A stretch of DNA of 64,000 nucleotides from Antedon mediterranea (Eukaryota > Animalia > Echinodermata), in contig NC_092675.1 in NCBI RefSeq assembly GCF_964355755.1, positions 30,104,912-30,168,911 of the forward strand, written 5' to 3'. The notes below the pieces were generated by a model. That model did no database searches. It worked only from the letters and a program-made list of their open reading frames with translations, and was not told where the DNA came from. Below are positions 39,811 through 51,500 of this stretch, in pieces; position 1 is the stretch's first letter; each line of letters opens with the position of its first letter. The translations under genes were made by a program, and so were the position numbers.

Positions 39811-40668
39811 GGTGCATGCTATTCACGTGTTGGAATATTTGAAAGTATATAATGTCAACAAATACTAATTCAATAAAATATATCTTATCACTCTTGTTTG
39901 AGTACCAAGCAGCTTATCAGATTGTTAATTTAATTAAGAAAATCCATATGTTAATTTAGGTTATTATATAATATTTGTATATAGTTATTACTCTATCTAT
40001 ATTAATATAATAGCGCACTCCTATCATTAATTAATTATGATTAGTTTTATATGGTAATGATTTATTATCATTAACTCTAAACTATTATTATGTTTTGAGA
40101 TCGGTGTAAAAATAGATTACTGTGTCTTATTCTCTAACTATCGCGTGATATCAGCAGTAAAAAATGTTAATTTAGGTTATTATATAATATTTATATAGTA
40201 TAAATGATGTATCAAGTACACATTAACACTAAACGTATCACCCTTAATTGATATAATAGAAAAAACATCCATATGTCTGTACTACAATGTTATGTTTTGA
40301 GACGGAGCCTCTTATTGAAATCGGTGTTTAAGGACAACACGTGAAATGGTTGGCTGTGGCTCTAATTACCGCCGATACCAGAGCAGTCAAAAAGTACTTT
40401 TTCACACTCTCTGCATTCAAATTTACAGGCATATTATGGAGTAGTTATTTCTCATTAATTATAATCTTATATAAAGTAATGATCACTGGCCATGCGCACA
40501 TACTGTATTGTACTAAACGTGTCGAGTTGGGTTGTGAGAATGGGGTGTATGAGGAAAACAAAAAAACAGAGGATGATGCAAAGTTTAAATAAACTTAGTT
40601 CTTAATACAGTGAGCATTCGGTTATACTGTATTAATAAAATAATGCAAGGGCGAATACTAAAAATGAC

Positions 40669-40787
40669 ACTTTATCGTTTTGATTTACCTTTTATTTTTC
40701 TTATTTCATTTATACCTTCATTGACATCCAGTCACTGAAGGTATAAATGAAATAAGAAAAATAAAAGGTAAATCAAAACGATAAAGT
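40669..40787. repeat. Perfect 52-bp-arm palindrome built from a Penelope-LTR-like sequence
   Basis: 40669-40720 is the reverse complement of 40736-40787. The arm ACTTTATCGTTTTGATTTA recurs near 53764, downstream of the hammerhead motif. Confidence 0.85.
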
Positions 40788-41449
40788 AAAGAAACTAGAA
40801 CGAAATTACAGAGTGCAAGTAAGATCTGACATATGTGGTGTACCACAAACTAACTGAAAGTCAGTTTATGGTACACCCATAATTGGAGATAAGCAAGAAT
40901 ATATAACGTAGACATGAGCTCCCTGGTAATTGGGATAAAAGAAAGTAACAAAAGATGGTGAATAGGGGGTTGAGAGAGTAAAAAAAATGAAGATAGCTTA
41001 ATATAAACAAGTAAAGATGTAAGATAATTGTATGTTGATAACAGTACTTTTGTTTCTAAAACATGCAACAGGTGCATGCTATCTACGTGATTGGTACATG
41101 CAGAACGACAGACAATAATTTTTTCATATGCCAAAGATAACATCATTACACAAAAAAATAAATACAAATAATCTCATGAAATTGCGGTCTTTTCTCAAAT
41201 TGTGAAAGTTTTCAAACAATTATGCCAAAGATAATAAATTATCATTACACAAATAAGGAAATACAAATAATATTATGAAATTGCATTTTTTTTCTCAAAT
41301 TGTGAAAGTTTTGATTTTTAAATGTCGGCCAAACACATTTATTGTAAACTGTGGCCTTTCCCATAAACTCGTATTTCGTATTAATATAATGCCTGTCCTC
41401 CTTTTTGATGTCCATGTTTGAAATGATTTCCTTTTCATGAATTTTAAAT

Positions 41450-43710
41450 GGAAATTCTTTAGTTTATGAAATTCCTGATGATGATCAAATAAAGATAGAC
41501 TTTCCTCTCGTTATTTAAACATAATCAGTGCATTTTATTGGTTCAACTAATTCCAAAGTTGCAATAAAATGATTCTTATGTTAAAAGTATACCGATTTTT
41601 GAAAAAACAAGGCCAACAGCCATAAGTCGCGTGCTAAAACGCATAGTGATACCGGACCGACAGACAGACCGACAGACCGACCGACCGACATTATGGTAAA
41701 AGACAGTAAAAAAAGTAGGCTGCTGTAAAATGATTAACTTTATCACCTTTACTGGGTTTGCTTGTTTGTTAAGTCATATCTACTTCTTTTAAGCCTTATA
41801 ATCATAATTTTGGTTTAAAACATATGAATTGCAGTCCAAATTAAAGTAAATTAAGTAGCCTAAGTAAGTAAAACCGATCGATCAAATCGTAATACAACGT
41901 GTTTACGCTGCGATACCTTGTTCTAGCATTTCGAGGCATATTTTCTAAAAACTATTATATATTCAACGAATTTTATTGATTTTTTACTTGTAACATCACA
42001 CGACAAGAGCATAACGATTGTTGATTATTTTATATATTGAGATTGGGGGCGTTCTAAATCATATAATAGAAGAACGACCACTTTGCAATCCATCATTCCA
42101 CGGAATCGAATAAATGAAAAATTGGTCGAATGCTATAACTTGGTTTATTTCAAGACCTTTGGTTATTATATTAATTCTGTTTTTTTATATGAGAGGGTAA
42201 TTGGAACATTCTTCCAGTGACGTCACATTATGTTGTTCAGTTCCAATCACGATATTAGCATGCGTCTATTGCATGTTTTTAAAAGTAGAACACATTTTCA
42301 TCACAATTATACATTTTAAATCTTCTCCTAGTGTTTTTATTGTGTTTTTAAAATAGAATTTATTCTTATGAATTTAAAGAAAACAATTTTTTAACATGTT
42401 CTAACATTGTTTGATAAAATAAAAACTTTTGATTGAACAACCTGCACATATAATATATAACTTGAAGAGCGAACACTTGGCGATCCATCATTCCACGGAA
42501 TGGAATTAAAGAATGAAAATTGGTCGAATGCTATTTTCTATTTAGGCTTGCTGTACTTGGTAATTTCAAACCTTTGATTATTATATTATTTGGAAATTCT
42601 TTAGTTTTAAAATGTTTATCATAATTTAACTGATTTCAGATGATCAAATAAAGATAGAAACGTTTAAACATGACTTTCCTCTCGTTATTTAAACATAATC
42701 AGTGCATATTATTGGTTCAACTGATTCAAAAGTTGCAATAAACTTATTCTTATGTTAAAAGTATACCTAACTTTTGAACAAAAATGAAATTATGGTAACT
42801 GACAGTAATAAAAGTAGGCTGGTGTAGTATAATGATTAAGTTTATCACCTTCACTGGGTTTGCTTGTTTGTTAAGTCATATCTACTTCCTAAGTCTTATA
42901 ATCATAATCATATCCAAGTAAGTAAGTTGCCTAAGTAAGTAAAACCGATCGATCAACGTGTACGGTATATGTGTTTACGCTGTATGACACCTTTTGTAGC
43001 GCCGTTTGAGGCATATTTTCTAAAAACTAATATATATTCAACGAATTGCATTGATTTGTTTATGTGGTAACATCACAACGACAAGAGCATAACGATTGTT
43101 GATTATTTGATATATTGAGATAGGTGGCGTTCTAAATCATTTTCTAATAGCCATTTACATCATCATCACTGTCATCATCATTGTACACATCAACAGCATT
43201 TGTAGCATATTGGTTACATAATGATAACTGTAGATTAAACTTAGAAAAATATGCAATGTTATGTGTTGTGTTAGTTTTGTATGATATCATCAAACTAACA
43301 TATGGGACATTCTTCCAGTGACGTCACATTATGTTGGTCCGTTCCAATCACGATATTAGCATGCATCTATTGCATGTTGTTAAAAACACTTTTTTATCAA
43401 AATTATATTTTAATTTTTTGTAGAATTTGTTTTTATGAATTTAAAGAAAACAATCTTTTAAAATTGTTCTAACATTGTTTGATAGAATAAAAACTTTTAA
43501 TACCTACACACAATATAATATATAAACTAATTGAAGAGCGAACACTTGGCGATTCATCATTCCACGGAATCGAATGAATGAATATTTATACATATAACTT
43601 TATTCACAATCTCAGATTAATACAAAGTACATACAAAATTAATTTGTCGAATGCTATTTTTTATTTAGGCCTGCTGAATTTGTTTATTGCAAGGCCTTCG
43701 ATTATTCAAG
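41450..43710. repeat. ~1.1-kb diverged tandem duplication between the GH16 genes
   Basis: Collinear blocks: GATGATCAAATAAAGATAGA (about 41481 / 42639), ACGACAAGAGCATAACGATTG (about 42000 / 43078), TTCCAGTGACGTCACATTATG (about 42212 / 43313), GAAGAGCGAACACTTGGCGAT (about 42464 / 43533). Confidence 0.85.
41606..41690 (-). mobile_element. Truncated HINE, same family as 57623-58408
   Basis: AACAAGGCCAACAGCCATAAGTCGCGTG...(GACC/GACA)n matches 57623 onward. Absent from the second duplicate copy near 42780. Confidence 0.75.
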
Positions 43711-44405
43711 GGTTTTTGTGATGAAATTCTATTTTATTGAAATCACAAGATAAATCAATAATAGTATCTGTTTTGTTCAACATTGAAATTTTCTTTTTTT
43801 CACTACCGTATATATTTATATAAAGCAAATCAAATGGGTAATTGTACTATAGCTTTTCCAGTCGTGTCTAGTCCCTATCACATATTCTTGAAGATTGAAA
43901 CACCTTTATGTATCAAAATCATCATTATAAATGAAATACTGTAACTTATATCAATTGTCTACATAAATCAATTAATACATAAATAAATAAAAAGATAGTT
44001 TTAAACGATGATCTATCACTCCGTAATTTACATTGTATAATTTTCTTCGTTTCTTCAGTCTTTCACATTCATATTCAATAGACCTAAATGTAGGGCTAAG
44101 TTGTTAAAGCAAAAAACCTCCCCAAAATATATAGCTTTATTAATTTTACGGGATTTCTATACTTTCAAGCAATATGGTAAACAACGGATTTTAAAACGGT
44201 GAAGATTAGGACACTAAACCTCAATAATAGATTATTATAATAACTGTATAAACAGATAATAAGTTATCATTTCAATATTTTGCATGTGGCTAATTTCCCA
44301 TCAAATTCAACTGATAAATAAAATGTAATAAATTGTCTTTGTTTAGTGTTATATCTTAGAAGTAAACACGTGATAGAACACGCGGTACGCGCATGAGCCG
44401 TGGCT

Positions 44406-44412
44406 TATATAA
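44406..44412 (+). promoter_or_regulatory. TATA box of the GH16-only gene
   Basis: TATATAA 76 bp upstream of the ATG at 44482, with a CACGTG and several GATA-like sites upstream. Confidence 0.6.
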
Positions 44413-44481
44413 GTGCTGGTGTAGACCAGCAGAATTGATCAAAACAGGCTGTGTTTTGCTAAGTACCTGAACTAATTCAAG

Positions 44482-47400
44482 ATGCTGGCTAAGTTAGCAA
44501 CTTTCATCTGTTTCCTAGCTGTTGTTACAGGTAATTGTACATTAATTTAATTTTCAGAAAAAAAAATTTAGAAACAATTTTGTTTTGCTAAATTATTAAA
44601 TAAAATTTGTTTTGCTATGCATTAATTAACAATATTATGAATTGATTTTTGTTTTTAACATCTGTAGGGGAAACTTTAATTTTCGAAGACAATTTTGATA
44701 CCTTTAACTTGGATGTTTGGGAACACGAAATTACAGCCGGGGGTGGTGGAGTAAGTTTGAACAATGTATTTGCTTTAAATATTTAGTTACGGAATCTTTT
44801 GGTATGGTAAATTGAGAATCATACAATATAAACCAATTGCTAATTATTTCTATCTTATACTAATATTCTAATTCTGTTTTATCATATTATTAACTTATTT
44901 AATCAGAAATCATTTTTTTTTTCTTTTAGAATTGGGAGTTTCAATACTATACCAACAATCGATCGAATAGTTACACAAAGGACGGCAAATTGTATATTAA
45001 ACCGGTAAATATTGTTATCATTAATATCTTATTTTGATTAATGGAGTTTTTAAACAAAAAATACAAAATTAATGTAATAAGTTAGCTTTAAAGTTTTTTT
45101 ACAGACTGCAGAATCGTTTTTGGCGGAAATGATTGATTTTGACAATGTTTCACAATGCCAATATTGGCTGTCACGATAATTTTTTAGAGACCATTTTTCC
45201 CTCCGAATATTCAAATGTAAACAAGCCATATCCCATCAGACTGGATTATTCCTACAATTTATTGTTTATAATTATGTGTACCTTTTAATTGAATTTCAGA
45301 CACTGACTTCCGATAAGTATAACGAAGATTTTCTTTCAAGTGGGACTTTAGATCTTTGGGGTAAGTAAGCCTACATCGATTTAAGTGTAGCCTATTATTT
45401 CTATTAATTTAATTATCAAAGTATTGGAACACGGGAACGCCACCAATGGCAACATAACAAACTGTTCCGTCTTTTTTATTTTCTTCTTTCTTCCTATGCT
45501 GTATAGGTGCATCTCCTGCTGATTTGTGTACCGGAAACAACTACTATGGCTGTCAGCGTACAGGTAGCTCCGCCAACTACATCAACCCAATCCAATCAGC
45601 TCGTCTAAGAACTGTCAATTCATTTAGTTTCAAGTATGGAAAAGTTGAAATCAATGCTAAGTTGCCTACTGGTGATTGGTTATGGCCAGGTAAGTTTAAA
45701 GGCCAGTTTTTGTCCATCAGCTGTGTACGACGCTGACAAAAGCTTAACGTTCAAGTGCACGCGAAAGGAAACAGATGTGCTTAAATGAAAATAATTAACG
45801 TAGTAGTGTATTCTGGTTTTTTTTTTAGCAATTTGGTTGCTTCCAAAGCACAACTCCTATGGTGGATGGCCTGCGTCAGGAGAGATTGATATTATGGAGA
45901 GTAGAGGTTAGTAAAGAATACACTACGTAATAAGAGATTAGTAGTGTGATTACGGCCCGGATTACGGCAGAATTGCATCTTCTCCTAACGCATGTTTTAT
46001 GTTAGTCGTTTTAAGTACAGATAGATCGATTATCCTTTAATTTAGACTGTCCGAATATTACGTCCTCTATTAAAGTGGGATTAGCACCTTTATTAACGTA
46101 GGGTTGGTACATCCATTAACTTAGGACTACAGGCACTCTTTCTTCTTTTCCGTTGTGAAGGTCTTAGCATATTTTGAAGTTAAATTAACACATTTATAAA
46201 TTCCTAAACTTACATGTGATTAGTGTTAAAAGCATCAACAACGCACTTGTTACACTGACATAAGCTTCTTTTTTTTTCAGGAAACTTAAATTTAAAAGAT
46301 GAAAACGGAAACGATGTAGGTGTCAATCAGATGGGTTCAACTCTTCACTGGGGTCCATTCTGGCCTTACAACGAATGGCCACGCACTCACGCAACAAAGT
46401 AAGTCTATACCTTTGTTATAATATGCTTTTGTCAGCATTAAACACATCTTTAAATAATGAACCAATGCAACAGAGACGTACTCTCATGAAACTAAATACT
46501 GTAGTTCGTTTAGCATTAGATCTGTTGACCAAGCGACATAAGTAGTTTCTATATTCTATTTCGAAATTGAATATTGTTTTGTGTTATGTTACTCTTTCTT
46601 TTGACATTTTATATTGAAACATTAATAAACTTCGATATTTGTATTTGTGTTCCTTTGTGTATAGGAATGATAAAACTTTCCGGGAAACGTTTCATACGTA
46701 TGGCTTGGAATGGACAGAGCAAAGCATTAAGTATGTTATAATTTTAAGTATGTTCTAATTTTAAAACAATCAAGTACACAATCCGTAATAAGTCTACCTT
46801 TTGAATTGAAGAAATTATTAAGGATTTCTGTTCTATACTCATCAGTTATTCAATTAAAACAAAAATATAGGCCTAACTGGTTCTAAGAAAATGAAATTAA
46901 AAGATGATAAGAATTCAGTTACTACTAGTTCTTCTTTACCTGTACCGATTGAAACAAATTTAACATTTTATTTTAACAGATTGTACGTTGATAATGATCT
47001 TATATTGAATGTTGACCCTGGAGAAGGATTCTGGGAGTTTGGAGAATTTGCCAAACAAGCACCAAACATTGCAAACCCATGGGCAAACAGTGACAATAAA
47101 ATGGCTCCCTTTGACCAAGAGGTAGGTCAACATTGCATGGTGTAAATAGCGTTTCAATTATTTGATGATGCGAATTAAAACCTTTTAACAACGTTGAAGA
47201 GACACGCCCTTGTTTGCGATAGTGTTTACAGTGAAGGCTGCAACGAAAAAATTGTGAAACAACCCTCTATATGCTGATTTGGTAAATGATAATCAATAAT
47301 TATTATTGTTCATGAGATGCGTTTTCTTGTAATTACCAGCCGGACATACAATGTGGCTAACCACCTCATGAGAATGTATGTTGAGTCTGTTGTAGTTTCA

Positions 47401-47651
47401 AACATATAGTGCAATTTTATTCTATTTTCTAGTTCTATATCGTTATGAACGTAGCTGTTGGAGGCACAAATTATTTCAGTGACAGTTTTACGAACGGCGA
47501 TTATCCCAAACCGTGGAACAACAACTCTCCGACTGCACCAAAGGACTTCTGGAATGCTAAAGACTCCTGGTACAAAACTTGGCACCCTACTGAAAACAAT
47601 GGCGAGGGCGCAGCCATGCAGATCGATTACGTCAAAGTGTGGTCGCTTTAA
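44482..47651 (+). CDS. Secreted GH16 beta-1,3-glucanase / LGBP-like protein (GH16 only), ~357 aa, 10 exons
   Basis: Exons 44482-44530, 44668-44750, 44930-45004, 45300-45360, 45507-45689, 45829-45906, 46281-46398, 46665-46730, 46980-47121, 47433-47651 (1074 nt, in frame). Signal peptide MLAKLATFICFLAVVTG and catalytic WPASGEIDIME. AATAAA at about 47811. Confidence 0.93.
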
Positions 47652-48364
47652 AATGGCGCCAAAGATTGGCTGCGTTAGGCCTATAATAATAATAATTATA
47701 TCAAAAACAATATATTCAAAAGATAAATATTTTACACTTAATTACCTATAATTGCAATATGTTATGCTGGGCATAGCAATACTATTCATTGATGTTTAAT
47801 TGAAGTGAATAATAAAAATAAAAAAATAATTTTTTGATTTCTGAATTATTGTTTTTATTTTTTTGAATACTGTACTAAAATGCTTTACAATGTAAACACT
47901 CCTACGAAAACTCATAGTAATGTCATATCAGTATATTGACAGAAGCAGACCAGATACTAAACTCTAAATCTTTCAAAGCATATTTTATGAAGACGTCGTC
48001 CCGGATGTATGAAAAGAAATATCGCGTGCCGGATATCCACTTCTCTTTGAAGTACAGTAGAACACCTGTTTTACTTACTTTAGTTATAAAGTTTATAACA
48101 ATAGCGTGTGCGACGCATGGTGGGAAGGGATTCCCATTATGCACTGTATGACGTTCCTCGCGAAATAAATCTATTTGCAATAAACCTTGTATTGTAGACA
48201 GCGAATTTATGAGCACATCAATATAACACACACTAAGTCTACTAATGGCGACTTTAATTATTAGAATGCTTTAAAAAAAAAAAAATTATATTTAACATGT
48301 CTCCAAATAAGACAAACAATTTATATTATGAAATAATGTTCATTAATAATTTTTCAGTTTCTTA

Positions 48365-48482
48365 AGCTCTGTCTACACTATCAAACTTTATGTGAAGTGC
48401 CCATATATGCCCATGATGATGTCATATCACTACTATATGTGGGCAAATCACTACAAACTAGTTTGATAGTGTAGACAGAGCC
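48365..48482. mobile_element. Harbinger-like MITE, same family
   Basis: TTA-AGCTCTGTCTACACTATCAAAC...GTTTGATAGTGTAGACAGAGCC-TTA, just downstream of the STIL stop codon. Confidence 0.8.
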
Positions 48483-48550
48483 TTACAGTTTATAAACTAG
48501 AAACTCAAAAAGTTAATTATTAATTTAAATAGTACTATCAATTATATTCA

Positions 48551-51500
48551 CTAAAGCAGTTTTGGCAGTTGTTTTAAGCGATTAACATCAAGTATGTTAC
48601 TAACAGCTGCACTATCAGATTGGATACCTTGTGTACCCCTATGCTGTATACCTTGTTCTGCTTTGTTTGTAATAGTTTGAAGCGGTGTTCTTGGTGAGTT
48701 TACATTCCCAATATTCCATGAAATGTTCTTAGCATCTCTTAAATCTTTTTTCCTATTACCAAACACAAGTATAGGTTTAGGCGTGCCTGTGATTTCTTCT
48801 CCTTTAGTGTTATTGATTTGTGGAAATGGTTCAACCATACTCTCTTGTTGTCCAATAATTGAATAATCATCTTCGCTTGTTTCAACTCGCTTCCTCTTCT
48901 CAATTTTCTTTTCCTTCAGTTTCTTTTTTATCTTCTTTTTCCCTTTCTTATCTGTCTTATTATTAAGATTCATAGATGTGTCAAGTAGTCCATATTTTTC
49001 CATATATTTCTTGCTTGCAAATGACCAGTTGACCGCACCCGCAGAGCTGATATCAACTGCACTTTTCTCAGATAGCTTATTAAGCATTGTTGTCTTTGAA
49101 AGTTGGTTGTTAGAACTCTGGAATGCTTCAGATAAAGTAGTAAGTTGCTGATCACTTAGGTACTTCATGGCTATTGCGTTTGCTTCCATACTAAGATTGC
49201 TACTGTCCATTGAGTAGTCCACCATAGAAACATCAATGATCTTTGGAAAGACTGTTGATAAATACATGCTTTGTCTAAAATAAACAAAATTAGAGGATTT
49301 AGTGTCAGATAAATCTATATAGTATTGATTGATTGAAATATATATTTATACTGGGTAACCTCTTCAGTCAAAGACTGGTCTCCCAGAGGGTCCAGTTGGT
49401 GATCAGTGGCTGTGATGTACTAATACACCGGGATAATCCCCTACTCGTCTCGAAAGATGTACTAGGTTCTTTAAAATGCACACGAGCTAGATGTGTACAC
49501 TGGACCTACAGTTTATAGTCCTTATCCGAGAAGACTCGTTCTACCACCAGAACCTTGGAGTGAGTGAGCCTCGAGCCCCTGCCGATGTTATGGTTACGTA
49601 ATTACGGTTCCACTGTCTTAACCGCTCGGCCACTCACTCACTCACTCCTGTTTTGTCTATTGTCTACCTAAATAAAGATGTATTCACACCATTAGTTTCA
49701 CTAACATTATCCAATTGTTAAAAAAAAACAACAAACAGTTGATTTCAAATTTGATTTCACTTATTAAAAAATACAAAATAAACGCTTAAATTCAACTCAA
49801 AACTGACTTTCAGAAAATTTTTGTTCACATACAGTTTTAGCAGGTAAATACATTTTATGTTAATTAACTTTCTGGAAATTAATTTTCTTAATATTCACCT
49901 GGTAATATAAAAAAATGAAAAAGAAGAGCAGTTAATAGTTTTAAGAACATACCCAGCAGAACCAAACATCATCTCATCGTCAGCCGCCGCCTCTTCTTCC
50001 GTATCACCATCCTCATCATTTGTATCATTTTCATCACTGTCACTATCTTCCTCCTTTAACTCTTTATCTTCCTGTATTGGTTTATTCTTTGTTGTGACTG
50101 TGTCTTCACTTCCTTTCAGCATCTGTTTGACTTTTCCCTGAAAAAAACCAACAATGTCAAAAAAGTAACAATACCAAGTGACATTTTAATAATTGTACTT
50201 TGTACTGCAGGCTCCTGGGTCAATTCAGTGACAATTTATAGCTTTGAATATTATTATTTTGTTTATTGTCATAAAAATAACTAAATTTAATTTAAAAATT
50301 AATACTATGTTTACTAAATGTGGTTGAACAATATTCAAACAATTGTCAAAAACACTCATAAAAGAACAAAACAATTAAGTATTTTACAATTATTGTATTG
50401 TATAAATACTATTTTGTGGTTTATATATAATTATAACCAATAACATATTTGTAAGACATACATTGTAATACCTTCAAAAACGGTATTATTGCAAAAAATT
50501 GATAATCTAAAACTTACCAGCAAGTTGTCGTAGAATTTAGCTTCATCTTTGTAAAGTAAACTATCTGCTTGATGTAATACGCTGCCCTCAACGAAGGCAT
50601 CGGGTTTCCGCATGAGCATACTTGCACTTTCACCGAGTACAGGACTCACAATACTGTCATTAACAAATGCAGCGTCACTACAATAACAAATTTGCAAAAA
50701 TAAATAATTCAGTACCATTTGTATGAGTCAAGTTGCATTAGACAGCTAGAACATAAACAGCAATAAAAGTACTTCTGATAAACTCTAAACCTCTGTCCAC
50801 CATCAAACTTGATGTGACAACAAAATGTGATGTGCCCATATATGGACACGATGACATCATACCACTACCATATTTGGGCACATCACACTTTTTTGTCACA
50901 TACAGTTTGATAGTGTAGACAGAGCTTTAAAAAAGTTTAAAAAGTTTACCTTTGGCTTTTTTTCTTTCTTACAACTGTTTTTTTTAAATTCAATATTGAA
51001 TAACACTTTTAAAATAGTTTGTAAGGTCAATGCTAGTTAAAAGAGAATGTGTACCTTTTTGGAGATTTAACTTGTTCAACCGTACTGCTACAAAAACTCT
51101 GAAGATCAACAGCAACAACTGAAGATGCTAGACTTCTTGTGTCATTCTGAATCTGAGGATCAGGTAGAGTGTCATCCAGGTTTGTGGCAGTGCTTTCTCT
51201 TGCAGATAGATCCTCTTCATTACTTACAACATCTGATCGTGAGATCTGATGATCTCTTGCATGGTGTACAGGAGTAAAATTTTCTTTGTTTTTCTGACGG
51301 CTGGGAGAACTTTGTAAAGTGCTACTTCTTTCTTCATTCATCATCTGACATTCTGAAGTAAATGCCTTCTTAGATTCATCCAGATGATTTCCATTGCCTT
51401 CATTCGACCAGCAAAGGCTAGCCCCAGTGTTTACGGAAGTGGTACACATTTGTTTCTTGTTAGATGAAGAAGGTTTATCAGGATGCGATGTCTGCTGTTG

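Noticed and set aside
47923-48231. ORFs between the GH16 and STIL 3' ends
   Set aside because: Non-ATG starts, no motifs and no splice context.
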